A stretch of 64,000 nucleotides of DNA from Poseidonia sp. Its GTDB lineage: Archaea > Thermoplasmatota > Poseidoniia > Poseidoniales > Poseidoniaceae. Where the stretch lies: assembly GCA_030827745.1 (NCBI GenBank), contig JAURDW010000001.1:5815-69814 (forward strand), written 5' to 3'. The notes under the pieces were generated by a model. That model saw only the letters and a list, made by a program, of their open reading frames with translations, was not told the origin of the DNA and searched no databases. The position numbers and the translations under genes are program-made. Positions 12,069-21,840 of this stretch are shown piece after piece (positions within the stretch are counted from its first letter, which is position 1; every line of letters begins with the position of its first letter).

Positions 12069-12508
12069 GAGGGGCGGGGCCATTTTTTGGCCAGCGCCTT
12101 TCGCAGGTCATCGTCCATGGTTGCGTTCCACCAATCGCTCCCCTGCCAAATGGCATACTTTCCTCGAATGCCTCGCAGGTCGGCCCCTTCAAATTTGCAA
12201 TTTTTGAAGTTGGAGAGGTTCAGCCGTGCTTTTCGCAGGTCTGCACCTCGAAAGTCGGCGTGGTCAAAGGCCGATTTCATGAGGTCGGCTTCCACCATTG
12301 AAGCCCTCCGAAAGTCGCAATGGGTGAAATCACCCTCCGTGAGGTCGGCTTCGTCGAGGATGGCGCGGCGAAAAGAGGAACCCGTGTGGCGGCCTTTCCG
12401 GAAGATACCTTTGGTGTGATTTTGGTAGGAGAGGTCGATGACTTCAGCCTGCTCTGAGGTTGTTTCGTCGTCTCGTGGGTCGCCTTGACCCCCGCCGGAC
12501 ATCACCAT
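12053..12508 (-). CDS. Pentapeptide-repeat protein.
   Basis: Repeating A(D/N)LxxA(D/N)FxxA pattern (ADLTEGDFTHCDFRRASMVEADLMKSAFDHADFRGADLRKARLNLSNFKNCKFEGADLRG). Confidence 0.7.
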   Translation of the reverse strand: MVMSGGGQGDPRDDETTSEQAEVIDLSYQNHTKGIFRKGRHTGSSFRRAILDEADLTEGDFTHCDFRRASMVEADLMKSAFDHADFRGADLRKARLNLSNFKNCKFEGADLRGIRGKYAIWQGSDWWNATMDDDLRKALAKKWPRPSQASS

Positions 12509-12517
12509 GGAACCAAC

Positions 12518-13042
12518 TCATGCGCCGGAGCGCTTGTCCAAGTGGGCTTGGCCTTCGGGTGTAAGGATTGCGAACCGGTTCTTGTCATCCTTGCCTGAGG
12601 GCACCATGAGGAAATTACGTTCTTTCAAGCGGTTGAGGTAAAGGGAAAGGTTCCCTGGTGGTTCAATACCTGCATCGGTGAACAACTCGTTCACGACCCG
12701 CGGCGGGCTGTCGTCCACGCCTTCCACGTCCCGAAGATAGTGAATGGCACCGAGCACCTGATCGGGTTTGCGGGTGAGGGAACAATTCTCTAGCAGGGCT
12801 CTGAATGCTGAACCTCGCTCTGGCAGGCCGGCTTCCCTTGCAGCAGTAACGGCGGCTTCAAGCGCTTGCTCACGTGCTTCTCGGATGCGTTCGAGGAGCA
12901 CGGTCCAGGTGTGTTCGGCCTTCAGTTGAGCGATTTGCTCGTCAACCTGAATCGTAGCACCTTCAAGGTCGATTTCAATCTCGCCGGTCTGTACGCTGAA
13001 CCTCAATAGCCACGCCCTCGAATGCAATGCCGTTCCAATCAT
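12518..13042 (-). CDS. Hypothetical coiled-coil protein with a C-terminal winged-helix-like domain (putative regulator).
   Basis: The C-terminus LSLYLNRLKERNFLMVPSGKDDKNRFAILTPEGQAHL resembles a wHTH recognition helix plus wing. Confidence 0.4.
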   Translation of the reverse strand: MIGTALHSRAWLLRFSVQTGEIEIDLEGATIQVDEQIAQLKAEHTWTVLLERIREAREQALEAAVTAAREAGLPERGSAFRALLENCSLTRKPDQVLGAIHYLRDVEGVDDSPPRVVNELFTDAGIEPPGNLSLYLNRLKERNFLMVPSGKDDKNRFAILTPEGQAHLDKRSGA

Positions 13043-13150
13043 TCATAACATTATGTTGAGAAAAATGATACATTTTTTGGCCAAAAGGAGGGTTCATCAA
13101 GGCGAAACCGACATAACAGGTCGTGGTTCACAAGACCTTGAGGGCTCCCC
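13043..13150. promoter_or_regulatory. Divergent promoter region with an AT-rich block (13041-13080).
   Basis: ATTCATAACATTATGTTGAGAAAAATGATACATTTTTTGG in an otherwise ~60% GC context, lying between divergently transcribed genes. AAAGGAGGG lies ~55 nt upstream of the ATG at 13151 (13084-13092). Confidence 0.4.
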
Positions 13151-16100
13151 ATGCAACGACGCCAACTCCTCGGATTTTTGTTTGTCTTCCTGTTCGTTGC
13201 TCCTGCATGGTCTGTCTTTCTCGCCCAAGCCCAAGGCGGGACGGTGACGGTCTTCTCGTCCGGTTCTGCTGAAGAAACGGTGACCGTGACCTCCGGGCAA
13301 CATGGAGCAGTCGGCTTGGATTTGATGCGGAACACGACCGTGACCTCCGCTTCGTTTTTCCTCAAACCCGATTCCAGCGGTTCTACCCCGGGAACCGTCT
13401 CGCTGGACATCAATCAAGACGGTCTGCCGGAATGGGATTTCAATCAATCCGGATACGGGCATTTGGGTCAACAAAACGAGTTCATCAACGGCACCACCAC
13501 GGCCTCGGTTAGCATTCAACCAGCCAGCGTGAATCAGTCCACCCCTTCTTCTCCCGACTTTTACATGCCAAATGGCGCGGAAGTCTCCAGCGCTTCGGTG
13601 GACGTCGCCTTCTCTCCAAAAATGGGCGGAGGCTTCTTCCCGACCGGATTCATCCATGCCGTAGCCTTTGGCGACACGAACGGCGACGGTTTCGACGATG
13701 TCGCCCTGTTCTCCCAAACGGCAAACATCACGTCCTCTGGAAACGGAACTTCAGGAAATGGGACAACGGGCAACAGCACGGGTGCGTTCAGCATCGAACC
13801 CGCCTTCCGAATCATGACGTACGCCAACGCCACGGGCCTCACGATGGGCCCGTGGGAGATGACATGCGACAACGTCACCGAGACCTTCATGGCCGACCTT
13901 GACGGCGACGGGTACGACGACGTCATCAACCATGCCGCTTCGGACCGAAAACTCTGCATTCACTTCCTCAACAGCACAAGCGGGGCGTTTCAACCGCAGG
14001 TCAACGTCTCGCTCTCCTCATCCATTCGGGATTTGGCGTTTGTCGATTTCGCCGGCGTTGGCGCTGACCAGATGGTGACGGTGCAGACCAGCGGAAAGGT
14101 GGCCTACGCTGATTTCAACACCCGGAGCAACGCCTTTGACGAACGAGATTACGAAACCGTGCTCATTCAAGGGACCCAAACCGCTGCGAACCTCAACCGT
14201 TTGCTGGTGGACTTTTTCAACGGACAGGGCAACCTCCCCGTCCTCATCGCCGTGGACGTGAACAACGACGGCACCGAGGTGTTTTCCACCAGCAACGGGC
14301 TTGCTGTTGGCACGAGCTCGATTTCGGGCATCACCTCCGACGCCATTGTTGGTGACCTCGACGGTGATGGAGATTTGGACATCCTCGCCTCGCGTTCAAC
14401 CGGCCATCGGTCCATCACAAAAACAAACAGCGGCGGTTGGAGCGGCGACAACCACAACAACGTTGTCAGTCTCACAAACGCCACGGTCTTCAACCACGAT
14501 TTGGTGGGAGGCGTGTCGTTGTTGCAACCCAACATGGGCTCTCCAGACGGCAACCCCGCAACGGCGGAAGGCAACATCACCGTTCGCAATATTTCAACGG
14601 GGGGCTGGGGAAACCAAGCATTCACCAACCGCGTGAGCCAATTCACGGCCAATGAGATCGAGCCTTGGACCGTTCCACGAGCGATCTTCTTGGGCGACCT
14701 CGACGGTGACGGCATCATGGAACACATCGTCCTTGCCGGTGAAGGCAACCAACACGGCGTGTTCGTCTCAGCCTACCATCGCGTGGGCTACGACGTTGAC
14801 CAGAACGGGCAGTCGGATGTGGAAGCAGAAGGCTACGCCGGCAACGGAAGCAACGGCTTGCAACCCCTCGCCATCGTGGACGCCGCTGGAACGTGGACGA
14901 CTGCGCTTAGCACCCTCCTGCCCGGGCTGACGTACACTTCCGACGCCTACGGGATCGAAATGGCTGAGGTCAACATGACGATGCAATCCACCAGCGAGGG
15001 GGACTTCCATTTCTCGAACCTCAACGTGGGCTATCTTGCTGATTTCTTGGTCAACACCAACCCTCATGTGACCGGCAACCTCAGCAACGCACTCAACCAG
15101 CAAATGACCGGGGGCACGGGCAGCTTTACGGTTCCGTTGGCGTTCACAACAAGCCAAGACGGGATGTTCGTCATCCATGCGCCAACGGTGAACTACCAGG
15201 ACGGGGCCCCAAACATCGCCCTTCCGCCCCAACCTGTCCTGATTTTGACCGACCTCCAGCCCGACAGGGTCGTGATTGAGTGGCAGAACATCACCGAGTT
15301 TGGCGACGGTTTGCTGAATTTCATGGTGTACAGGGAGGTCACTGGCCAAAACCCCGACACGACCCAGCCCAGTTACGGCACTGCGGTGGCCAACTCCACC
15401 ATCGACTTCGCTGTTCAGCCCGGCGACACGTGGACGTACTGGGTGCGAAGCGTCCACGATTTCGGTGTAACGAGCAACCTATCCGCTCCCCTGGACGTGG
15501 TGGTCCCTTATCCGCTTCCGAAATCCTTCGTTCCCGATGTCACCGCCAGCGATGCGCTTGATGACGCCGGAGGGGTGCTCAACATTTCGTGGGGTCAAGG
15601 CGACGCTTCGATTGAACACCATCGCATCTACGCGTCATCAGTCGACTTCTCTTCGATAGAAGGCATGAACGCCACGGCAACCACCAACGCCACCACCTTC
15701 GGCCTCCAAATTGACCAGGACAACGATGGCCAGAACTTGACCAACGGTTTGCCGTACTACGTTGCCGTGGTCGGATTTGACCAATACGGCAACGCATCGA
15801 TGAACGTCACGACGGTTGGGCCGGTGTACACGCGCAACAACACCGCACTGGAAACGCACCTCGAGGTGACGTACACGCCGTTTGTCAACGAGCCCACCGT
15901 CGAAAGCCTCCTCTTGGCCCGGAGCGAACGGTTCGGCATGGTCGCTTATTTGCACCACGAGGGGCACGGCCTTGCCAATCAGAGCCTCATGTTGCACGTT
16001 GTGGGAGGCGAGGAAGAATACACCTCCTCCACGACGACCAACGAAACCGGCCACGCAAGTCTGGACTTCACAAAACTCTCCGATTTGGGCCCCATCATGG

Positions 16101-17515
16101 CCATCGGTGAAATGGAAGTGAAGGTCTCTTTTGCCGGATACGACCAAGACGTCACCCAACAGCCGCTGGAAGCCTCTTCCAACATCACGGCGGCTTACGG
16201 CACGGTCCCACTCACCATCTCCGGGCCTTCCATCATTGAACTCGACGACAACGCTGGATTCACTTCCGTCTTCTCGGTTTCAACCCCCGATATCACTCAA
16301 GAAACCGCCTTAGCGAACGCGGAGGCCTACTGGGAAGCACTGACCGAGGATGGGAAGACGGCAAGCAACGGCATCGCTGAGGTTCGCGGCAACGAGATGA
16401 CCATTTCGGGACTGGGAGCTCACGACGGAACCTTGACGCTGTACTTTGACAGCGAATCTCCCGATTACCATGTTGATGGCATGCAGGTCTCCTTTGCTTT
16501 CGAGGCGTCTCCCGTGGTTGAAGAAAACCAAACCAACACCACCAACGAAACCAACACCACCGAAGAACCGACGTTCCCCGACATCACCCTTCCGGCGTCG
16601 GTTGATTGCGGTACGGCGGCGTACGGTTGGGAAGAAGACACCGAGGACGTGACCATCACCTGTTCCGTCACCAACCCCAACCCGTTCGCCGTCCAGATTG
16701 GTTTCGTTTGGAGTCTTGTCCCCACCACGCCCCCCTCCATCGACCTGAACCACGACGAGGCCACCGTTCCTGGAACAATCGAAGCCAACGGGACGGTTGA
16801 CATCACGTTACTCCTTGTGCGCAACGGTCCAACCGAAGGACTCTACCCTGGCGAACAGGGGAAGGGGTACGTGATCACGCTCACCTGCTTTGACCAAAGC
16901 AGCAATGCTTGCGACGCCATGAGTCAAAAAGCCGGAACCACCGAAGGGCAGGTTGTATGGACGCTGGGCGAAATGCCGGTCGTCAATGACGGCAACACCA
17001 ACACGGTCAGCGATGAAACCTCCAGTGCCATGACGCCGGTGGTTGTTGGTTTGGGTGTTCTCATCGCCGTCTTGGCCGTCGTTGGCGGCGTGCTCTACAT
17101 GCGCAATAACCGAGACGACCTCTTCGATGAAGAGGACGACGAAGACTACTACGGCATGGCCTTGGGCGAAGAGCCGGAAGGTTTGGCCGACGCCCCGGAG
17201 AGTGTTGACCTCACCTCCTCAAAATCCCTTGAAGCGTTGAAAGAAGAAGGAAAGAATCTCCACGAAGCCGCCCCTGAAGGCTTGGCATCATCCCCCACCC
17301 TGGGAAGCCGGGCCGATGCGTTTGAGTTCGGGGCAACGGCGAACGACACGTTCCCTTCCGAAACCAAGACCGACGACGCTCTTGACGAACATCACGAGAC
17401 CGAAGATGACGGCATCACCGTTGACGAAAACGGGACGGAATGGTGGGAAGACGAGGAAGGCGTTTGGTGGTACCGAGAAGAAGGTTGGGAAGACTGGGCG
17501 GCTTGGGAAGAATGA
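13151..17515 (+). CDS. Giant secreted surface protein (1454 aa). It has a signal peptide, FG-GAP/VCBS-like Ca-binding repeats, FN3-like regions, N-glycosylation sequon clusters, a C-terminal TM anchor and an acidic Trp-rich cytoplasmic tail.
   Basis: N-terminal signal peptide MQRRQLLGFLFVFLFVAPAWSVFLAQA. Repeated DxDGDG motifs (FGDTNGDGFDDV, DLDGDGYDDV, DLDGDGDLDIL, DLDGDGIMEHIV). NGT/NxT runs (SGNGTSGNGTTGNSTG; NQTNTTNETNTTEEP). TM segment VVVGLGVLIAVLAVVGGVLYM, and the tail ends EWWEDEEGVWWYREEGWEDWAAWEE. Confidence 0.8.
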   Translation: MQRRQLLGFLFVFLFVAPAWSVFLAQAQGGTVTVFSSGSAEETVTVTSGQHGAVGLDLMRNTTVTSASFFLKPDSSGSTPGTVSLDINQDGLPEWDFNQSGYGHLGQQNEFINGTTTASVSIQPASVNQSTPSSPDFYMPNGAEVSSASVDVAFSPKMGGGFFPTGFIHAVAFGDTNGDGFDDVALFSQTANITSSGNGTSGNGTTGNSTGAFSIEPAFRIMTYANATGLTMGPWEMTCDNVTETFMADLDGDGYDDVINHAASDRKLCIHFLNSTSGAFQPQVNVSLSSSIRDLAFVDFAGVGADQMVTVQTSGKVAYADFNTRSNAFDERDYETVLIQGTQTAANLNRLLVDFFNGQGNLPVLIAVDVNNDGTEVFSTSNGLAVGTSSISGITSDAIVGDLDGDGDLDILASRSTGHRSITKTNSGGWSGDNHNNVVSLTNATVFNHDLVGGVSLLQPNMGSPDGNPATAEGNITVRNISTGGWGNQAFTNRVSQFTANEIEPWTVPRAIFLGDLDGDGIMEHIVLAGEGNQHGVFVSAYHRVGYDVDQNGQSDVEAEGYAGNGSNGLQPLAIVDAAGTWTTALSTLLPGLTYTSDAYGIEMAEVNMTMQSTSEGDFHFSNLNVGYLADFLVNTNPHVTGNLSNALNQQMTGGTGSFTVPLAFTTSQDGMFVIHAPTVNYQDGAPNIALPPQPVLILTDLQPDRVVIEWQNITEFGDGLLNFMVYREVTGQNPDTTQPSYGTAVANSTIDFAVQPGDTWTYWVRSVHDFGVTSNLSAPLDVVVPYPLPKSFVPDVTASDALDDAGGVLNISWGQGDASIEHHRIYASSVDFSSIEGMNATATTNATTFGLQIDQDNDGQNLTNGLPYYVAVVGFDQYGNASMNVTTVGPVYTRNNTALETHLEVTYTPFVNEPTVESLLLARSERFGMVAYLHHEGHGLANQSLMLHVVGGEEEYTSSTTTNETGHASLDFTKLSDLGPIMAIGEMEVKVSFAGYDQDVTQQPLEASSNITAAYGTVPLTISGPSIIELDDNAGFTSVFSVSTPDITQETALANAEAYWEALTEDGKTASNGIAEVRGNEMTISGLGAHDGTLTLYFDSESPDYHVDGMQVSFAFEASPVVEENQTNTTNETNTTEEPTFPDITLPASVDCGTAAYGWEEDTEDVTITCSVTNPNPFAVQIGFVWSLVPTTPPSIDLNHDEATVPGTIEANGTVDITLLLVRNGPTEGLYPGEQGKGYVITLTCFDQSSNACDAMSQKAGTTEGQVVWTLGEMPVVNDGNTNTVSDETSSAMTPVVVGLGVLIAVLAVVGGVLYMRNNRDDLFDEEDDEDYYGMALGEEPEGLADAPESVDLTSSKSLEALKEEGKNLHEAAPEGLASSPTLGSRADAFEFGATANDTFPSETKTDDALDEHHETEDDGITVDENGTEWWEDEEGVWWYREEGWEDWAAWEE

Positions 17516-17571
17516 TTCTGCCGTGAGCCTTTTCACGGGTGAGCGGTTGGGCCATGACTGGAGGCTAAGAA

Positions 17572-18330
17572 ATGGATGCGAACCTGCAAGCCTATGCTTT
17601 GGTTTTGCATCAAGACGCCGACCCTCGAACCGGAGGGGTTGCCATATGCGGCTTTACCACGGCTGGCATGGTAGGCGTTATCGCCACCTCCCACATCATC
17701 AAAACCTTGGGATTGAACCAACTTGGAACGGTGATGAACAAGGATTTTCCAGCCGTGGCGTTGATTCATAATGAAGTTCCCAAACATCCGGTTCGCGTCT
17801 ATCAGGGTGAAGGCATTGGCGTGTTCACCTCCGAGATTCAATTCGGGAACGACACCGATATCCCCTTCGCCACCACCGTTCTGGAGTGGTTCACCAAGGG
17901 CGGGTTTGACCGATTGATCATCATCGATGGGTTGACCCGACCCGAAAAGGAACTGAGCAACGGGGACTTGTTTGGTGTGGGTTCGATTCCTGCCGCCCGC
18001 GAGCGTCTGAAGGACCTTGACATTGAACCCATTCAACAGGGCATCGTGGCCGGCATCACAGGCTTCCTTCTTGGCGAGGGGGACCGGCTCGGCATCGACA
18101 TCACGGCTCTGCTTTCGGAAGCCAGCCCGATGTACCCCGATGCACGGGCCGCAGCGCTTGCCGTGGAAGCCGTAAGCGACTTGACCGGCCTTGACATTCC
18201 GTTGACGGAATTGCTTGAGAACGCTCGGTCCATTGAGGACTCAGTTCGCGACATCATTGAGAGCGCGTCTCAAATGCTGCCCGCTCCGGGGGACGAGGAT
18301 ATCACCGACATCGACCCGTCGTTCGGCTAA
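17572..18330 (+). CDS. PAC2-family protein (second paralog).
   Basis: 252 aa. The N-terminal GVAICGFTTAGMVGVIATSHIIKTLGL and overall architecture parallel the protein at 3846..4643. Confidence 0.65.
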   Translation: MDANLQAYALVLHQDADPRTGGVAICGFTTAGMVGVIATSHIIKTLGLNQLGTVMNKDFPAVALIHNEVPKHPVRVYQGEGIGVFTSEIQFGNDTDIPFATTVLEWFTKGGFDRLIIIDGLTRPEKELSNGDLFGVGSIPAARERLKDLDIEPIQQGIVAGITGFLLGEGDRLGIDITALLSEASPMYPDARAAALAVEAVSDLTGLDIPLTELLENARSIEDSVRDIIESASQMLPAPGDEDITDIDPSFG

Positions 18331-18367
18331 ACCTCGAGTTCAAGAAGGCGTACAACGGCGTTTAACC

Positions 18368-19300
18368 ATGAGCAAGAAAATCGGCATCAAATGGCGGCTC
18401 TCTGACACCAGCCCTCAGACGGGCAAACGTGTCCTCATCACCGGGTCAAACTCCGGTATTGGATTTGAGATGGCCATGGAATTTGCTTCCAAAGGCGCTG
18501 AGGTCGTTCTCGCCTGCCGCAACTCCGCGAAAGCAGAGGCTGCAGCGGCCCGAATTCGCACCCGTCACCCCGCAGCCAACGTTCGAACCTTGACCCTCGA
18601 CCTCGCTGATTTGAACGCGGTGAAACATGCTGCGAAGGAGTTGATGACCACCACCTCCCACCTTGACCTCCTCATCAACAACGCTGGGGTCATGATCCCG
18701 CCCAAAGCCACCACGGCCGACGGTTTTGAATTGCAAGTTGGGACCAACCATCTGGGTCATTTTGCCCTGACCGCACACCTGCTCCCGTTGCTTGAAAAAG
18801 CGAAAGCACCTCGAATCGTGACGGTATCAAGCATCGCGCATTCCATGGGGCGCCTCAACCTTGAAAACATGCACGGGGAAGGAAAGAGGTACGACAAATG
18901 GGGCCAATACGGCCGAAGCAAATTGGCCAACTTGATGTTCGCTTTGGAGTTGGACCGGCGGCTGAAGGCGGCGGGCTCTCACATTGTTTCTCGCTGCAGT
19001 CATCCAGGCTATGCGAACACATCTCTTCAACGTCATTCGCTGGTGTGGCGTTTGCTCAACACCGTGGCGCTCTCTGCGCCTCGGGGTGCAGCGCCGACCC
19101 TTTACGCCGCAACAGAACCCGGCGCGTTGGACCACCCGTACTGGGGTCCGGTGGGTTTTCTGGAGGCTTGGGGTTGGGCAGGTAAAGCGAAGATGAGTCG
19201 AGCAGCGACCAACGAGGAGGATGCAAGACGCCTCTGGGCGTGGTCCGAACACGAGGTTGGTTTCACCTTTGACGTGGCTTCCATTCTCGCTCAAGAATGA
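18368..19300 (+). CDS. Short-chain dehydrogenase/reductase (SDR) family oxidoreductase.
   Basis: Rossmann motif TGSNSGIG, plus NNAG and the catalytic YGRSK (YxxxK). The start is taken at ATG 18368. Confidence 0.8.
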   Translation: MSKKIGIKWRLSDTSPQTGKRVLITGSNSGIGFEMAMEFASKGAEVVLACRNSAKAEAAAARIRTRHPAANVRTLTLDLADLNAVKHAAKELMTTTSHLDLLINNAGVMIPPKATTADGFELQVGTNHLGHFALTAHLLPLLEKAKAPRIVTVSSIAHSMGRLNLENMHGEGKRYDKWGQYGRSKLANLMFALELDRRLKAAGSHIVSRCSHPGYANTSLQRHSLVWRLLNTVALSAPRGAAPTLYAATEPGALDHPYWGPVGFLEAWGWAGKAKMSRAATNEEDARRLWAWSEHEVGFTFDVASILAQE

Positions 19301-20637
19301 CACCGTTCACGAACGCACCCCATCACCACCTCGTGCGGGGCATCGGTCACCAAGAAAGGGTCAATGTCGGGAATGCGGGCGGCACCGTAGCCCGCTTCTT
19401 GAATCGCTTCAAACAGGGCATCCATCTTGGGAGCTTGTCCCGTACCTGCCATGTTGGGCAGGTCGTCCATGTGGTAGAGCGTGTGGTCCTTGGCCATCAG
19501 CATCGCCGCTTCCGAGATGTAGCGGACGCTCCTCCGAAGTTCTCTGGCTGCGTATTCTTGGTCGTTTTCATTCCATGCCAGGCCGTGCTTTTTCGCTTTC
19601 TCAATCTCTTCCTTCGTGGGGCTGCACACGGCCAAAACCCGTTCTTCGGTCATGCGTCCAGCGATGTGTTCGTCCCAAAGCGAGCCGATCCAAAGAGGGC
19701 CGCTTCCCCGTTCCACCTCTTCGGGCGTGGGGTGGTGGACGAATCGGTAGGTGCCGTCATCGTTTCGGATGCGCCAGCCAATGGAGTCAAGAACGTTTGA
19801 GGCACTCTCTCGGCTTCGGCGAACCTTGACACTGATGCGAACATGATGGCCGTCAAACAAAGCCAGCACCGGCTCAATTGACCGGTCATGGCGTGCAGCG
19901 GTGGTGGCGACGAGTCCGAGCAGGACGCGCACGGCGTCGTCGTGAGCGTAGCTGTCCACGATGCCTTTGGCGCCGTAACGGCGGAATTGAGAGCCTTGGC
20001 TGGAGCCCGTAAGTGCGGCCGTGTCGGTGGCCGTGACCTCCAAAAAGCCGACACGCGCGAGTCCTTGGACCGCCGCGTCGAGAAAGTTCACCGGCGACCC
20101 AAACGGGTCCAAATCCACCCATTGGTACCCGGCTTCCAGAAGCGTCATACGTGCGTCGTTTTGAAGCGTGTAAATCCCGTTGTTCATCGCTCCTTTCACG
20201 GGCCGGAGGTAGCGGTCGTCTTCGGGGTCGTGGTCAACCGAGACGGCGGGGGGAAAAGCGGCGTGGGAGCGATTCAACCAATCGAGAGCGAACCGGTCGA
20301 GGTCGTTGGCGGTGATGCGCAACCTGTTTTGGTGGTTTTCGGGGATTTCGTTTCGCCATCGACGAACGCGCACGCCCGTAGCGCACAGTGCGTCCAGAGC
20401 GCGAAGCGGTTGGTCCGGTTTGGTGAGCCAGCTGTGTTCGAGGGCGTCCGCCATGAGCAGAACTGAGCGCGTCCGAGCAGGAGCCATCGCAGGATTGAGG
20501 AAGCCGGGGCCGGTACGCTTTGCAGGCCCACGCGGCATATGTGTGGGGCGGTCCTGGTCTTGGCGCAGGTGAACCAAGGTCTTGCCCTCCAGCCACAGAT
20601 GACCAGGGCCAACATCGGTGGGCTGTTCCTCGGCCAC
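19291..20637 (-). CDS. trm1: tRNA (guanine26-N2)-dimethyltransferase Trm1.
   Basis: LWLEGKTLVHL...FLNPAMAPARTRSVLL...DALCATGVRVRRW...DLDPFGSP parallels the archaeal Trm1 N-terminus and SAM-binding region. Confidence 0.75.
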   Translation of the reverse strand: MAEEQPTDVGPGHLWLEGKTLVHLRQDQDRPTHMPRGPAKRTGPGFLNPAMAPARTRSVLLMADALEHSWLTKPDQPLRALDALCATGVRVRRWRNEIPENHQNRLRITANDLDRFALDWLNRSHAAFPPAVSVDHDPEDDRYLRPVKGAMNNGIYTLQNDARMTLLEAGYQWVDLDPFGSPVNFLDAAVQGLARVGFLEVTATDTAALTGSSQGSQFRRYGAKGIVDSYAHDDAVRVLLGLVATTAARHDRSIEPVLALFDGHHVRISVKVRRSRESASNVLDSIGWRIRNDDGTYRFVHHPTPEEVERGSGPLWIGSLWDEHIAGRMTEERVLAVCSPTKEEIEKAKKHGLAWNENDQEYAARELRRSVRYISEAAMLMAKDHTLYHMDDLPNMAGTGQAPKMDALFEAIQEAGYGAARIPDIDPFLVTDAPHEVVMGCVRERCHS

Positions 20638-20685
20638 GGTTTGGCGACGGGTCTCTCCCTCATGACCGCACCGATGGTGTCAACG

Positions 20686-21798
20686 TCAATAATGCGAGAA
20701 CTCCACGCCTTCCACGGCGTGTTTGACGCCATGTCCCTCATCGGTGACATGGCCGACCATGGCCACGCCCGTCATGCGGTCTTGAAGCCATGCGAGGACG
20801 GCCGGTGCTGCTTCCGATTCAACGGCAAGCACCATGCCCATTCCCATGTTGAACGTACGGTACATTTCTCGGTTTTCAACACCGCCCGTTTGTTGGAGCC
20901 AAACGAATTCTGGTAGGACAGGAAGCGGCGTATCGATGTTCCACCCCAAGGTTGGATGAAGCCGAAGCAGGTTTGAAAGTCCCCCACCCGTGATGTGGCA
21001 GATGCCATGGATGGCGGCGATGTCAAACGAAGCATCGCCCCGGGCCGCCTGAAGCAAATCCACCACAGGGTCGCAATAAATGCGGGTCGGGTTCAGCACC
21101 ACTTCACCCAAGGTCGGCACCCCCTCCTGCCACTGAACCACGTCCCGGTGGGGGTGGGTGGCCTCAAACGGAGCGGGTTGGGTGTAGTCGGCACCGCTGT
21201 GCTCAACGATTCGCCGAACCAAGGAGTACCCGTTGGAGTGGATGCCCGAGGACGGCAGTCCGATGAGGACGTCACCTTCGGCCAAATGCTCGCCCGTGAT
21301 GGCTTCGCCTTTGGGCAGCCACCCAAGGGCTGTACCGGACAGGTCCAGTTCCGTCACGATACCCGGGAGGGACGCCGTCTCGCCGCCTGCAAGGGTCACC
21401 CGTGCTTGGCGGCAGGCCTCGGCAAGCGAAGCGCCGAGCGCTGCGTGGACGGCGGGGTCCGGTTTGGGCACGGCCACGTAATCAACGAAGGCGATCGGTT
21501 CAGCACCAACGCAAAGCAAATCGTTGACATTCATGGCCATGCAGTCGATTCCGACACCGCCCCATTGTTTGAGCGAGGTGGCGATCTGAAGTTTGCTGCC
21601 AACGCCGTCGGTTGCCAGCGCAAGCAGGTTCTCGCCAAACTCGATAAGGCCGCCAAAGCCGCCGGGCAAATCGACTGGAGCCCCCGGTGTGCCAGGAGGC
21701 CTCACACTGGTGGTCAATGCGCCGATGAGGGAGGCGACCGCTGAGCCTTCCAAGTCGATGTCGACCCCCGCGCTGGCGTAATCCATGGGCTCGCTCAT
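20686..21798 (-). CDS. purM: Phosphoribosylformylglycinamidine cyclo-ligase (AIR synthetase, PurM).
   Basis: YASAGVDIDLEGSAV...GGFGGLIEF...LATDGVGSKL...GIDCMAMNVNDLLCVGAEP and a C-terminal AIRS_C domain. The start is taken at the internal Met (MSEPMDY); the ORF extends to 21825. Confidence 0.85.
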   Translation of the reverse strand: MSEPMDYASAGVDIDLEGSAVASLIGALTTSVRPPGTPGAPVDLPGGFGGLIEFGENLLALATDGVGSKLQIATSLKQWGGVGIDCMAMNVNDLLCVGAEPIAFVDYVAVPKPDPAVHAALGASLAEACRQARVTLAGGETASLPGIVTELDLSGTALGWLPKGEAITGEHLAEGDVLIGLPSSGIHSNGYSLVRRIVEHSGADYTQPAPFEATHPHRDVVQWQEGVPTLGEVVLNPTRIYCDPVVDLLQAARGDASFDIAAIHGICHITGGGLSNLLRLHPTLGWNIDTPLPVLPEFVWLQQTGGVENREMYRTFNMGMGMVLAVESEAAPAVLAWLQDRMTGVAMVGHVTDEGHGVKHAVEGVEFSHY

Positions 21799-21840
21799 GG
21801 AGCCGTCCACGGCGACCCGTTTCATGAATGAACCGCTCCC

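Noticed and set aside
14768-16159. Several 170-230-aa minus-strand ORFs inside the giant surface-protein gene.
   Set aside because: They are embedded in and antisense to a 1454-aa ORF with coherent domain architecture, so they are shadow ORFs.
19297-20466. Plus-strand ORFs (167 aa and 192 aa) overlapping trm1.
   Set aside because: The minus strand encodes Trm1 with N-terminal and SAM-binding homology, so the plus-strand ORFs are GC-driven shadows.
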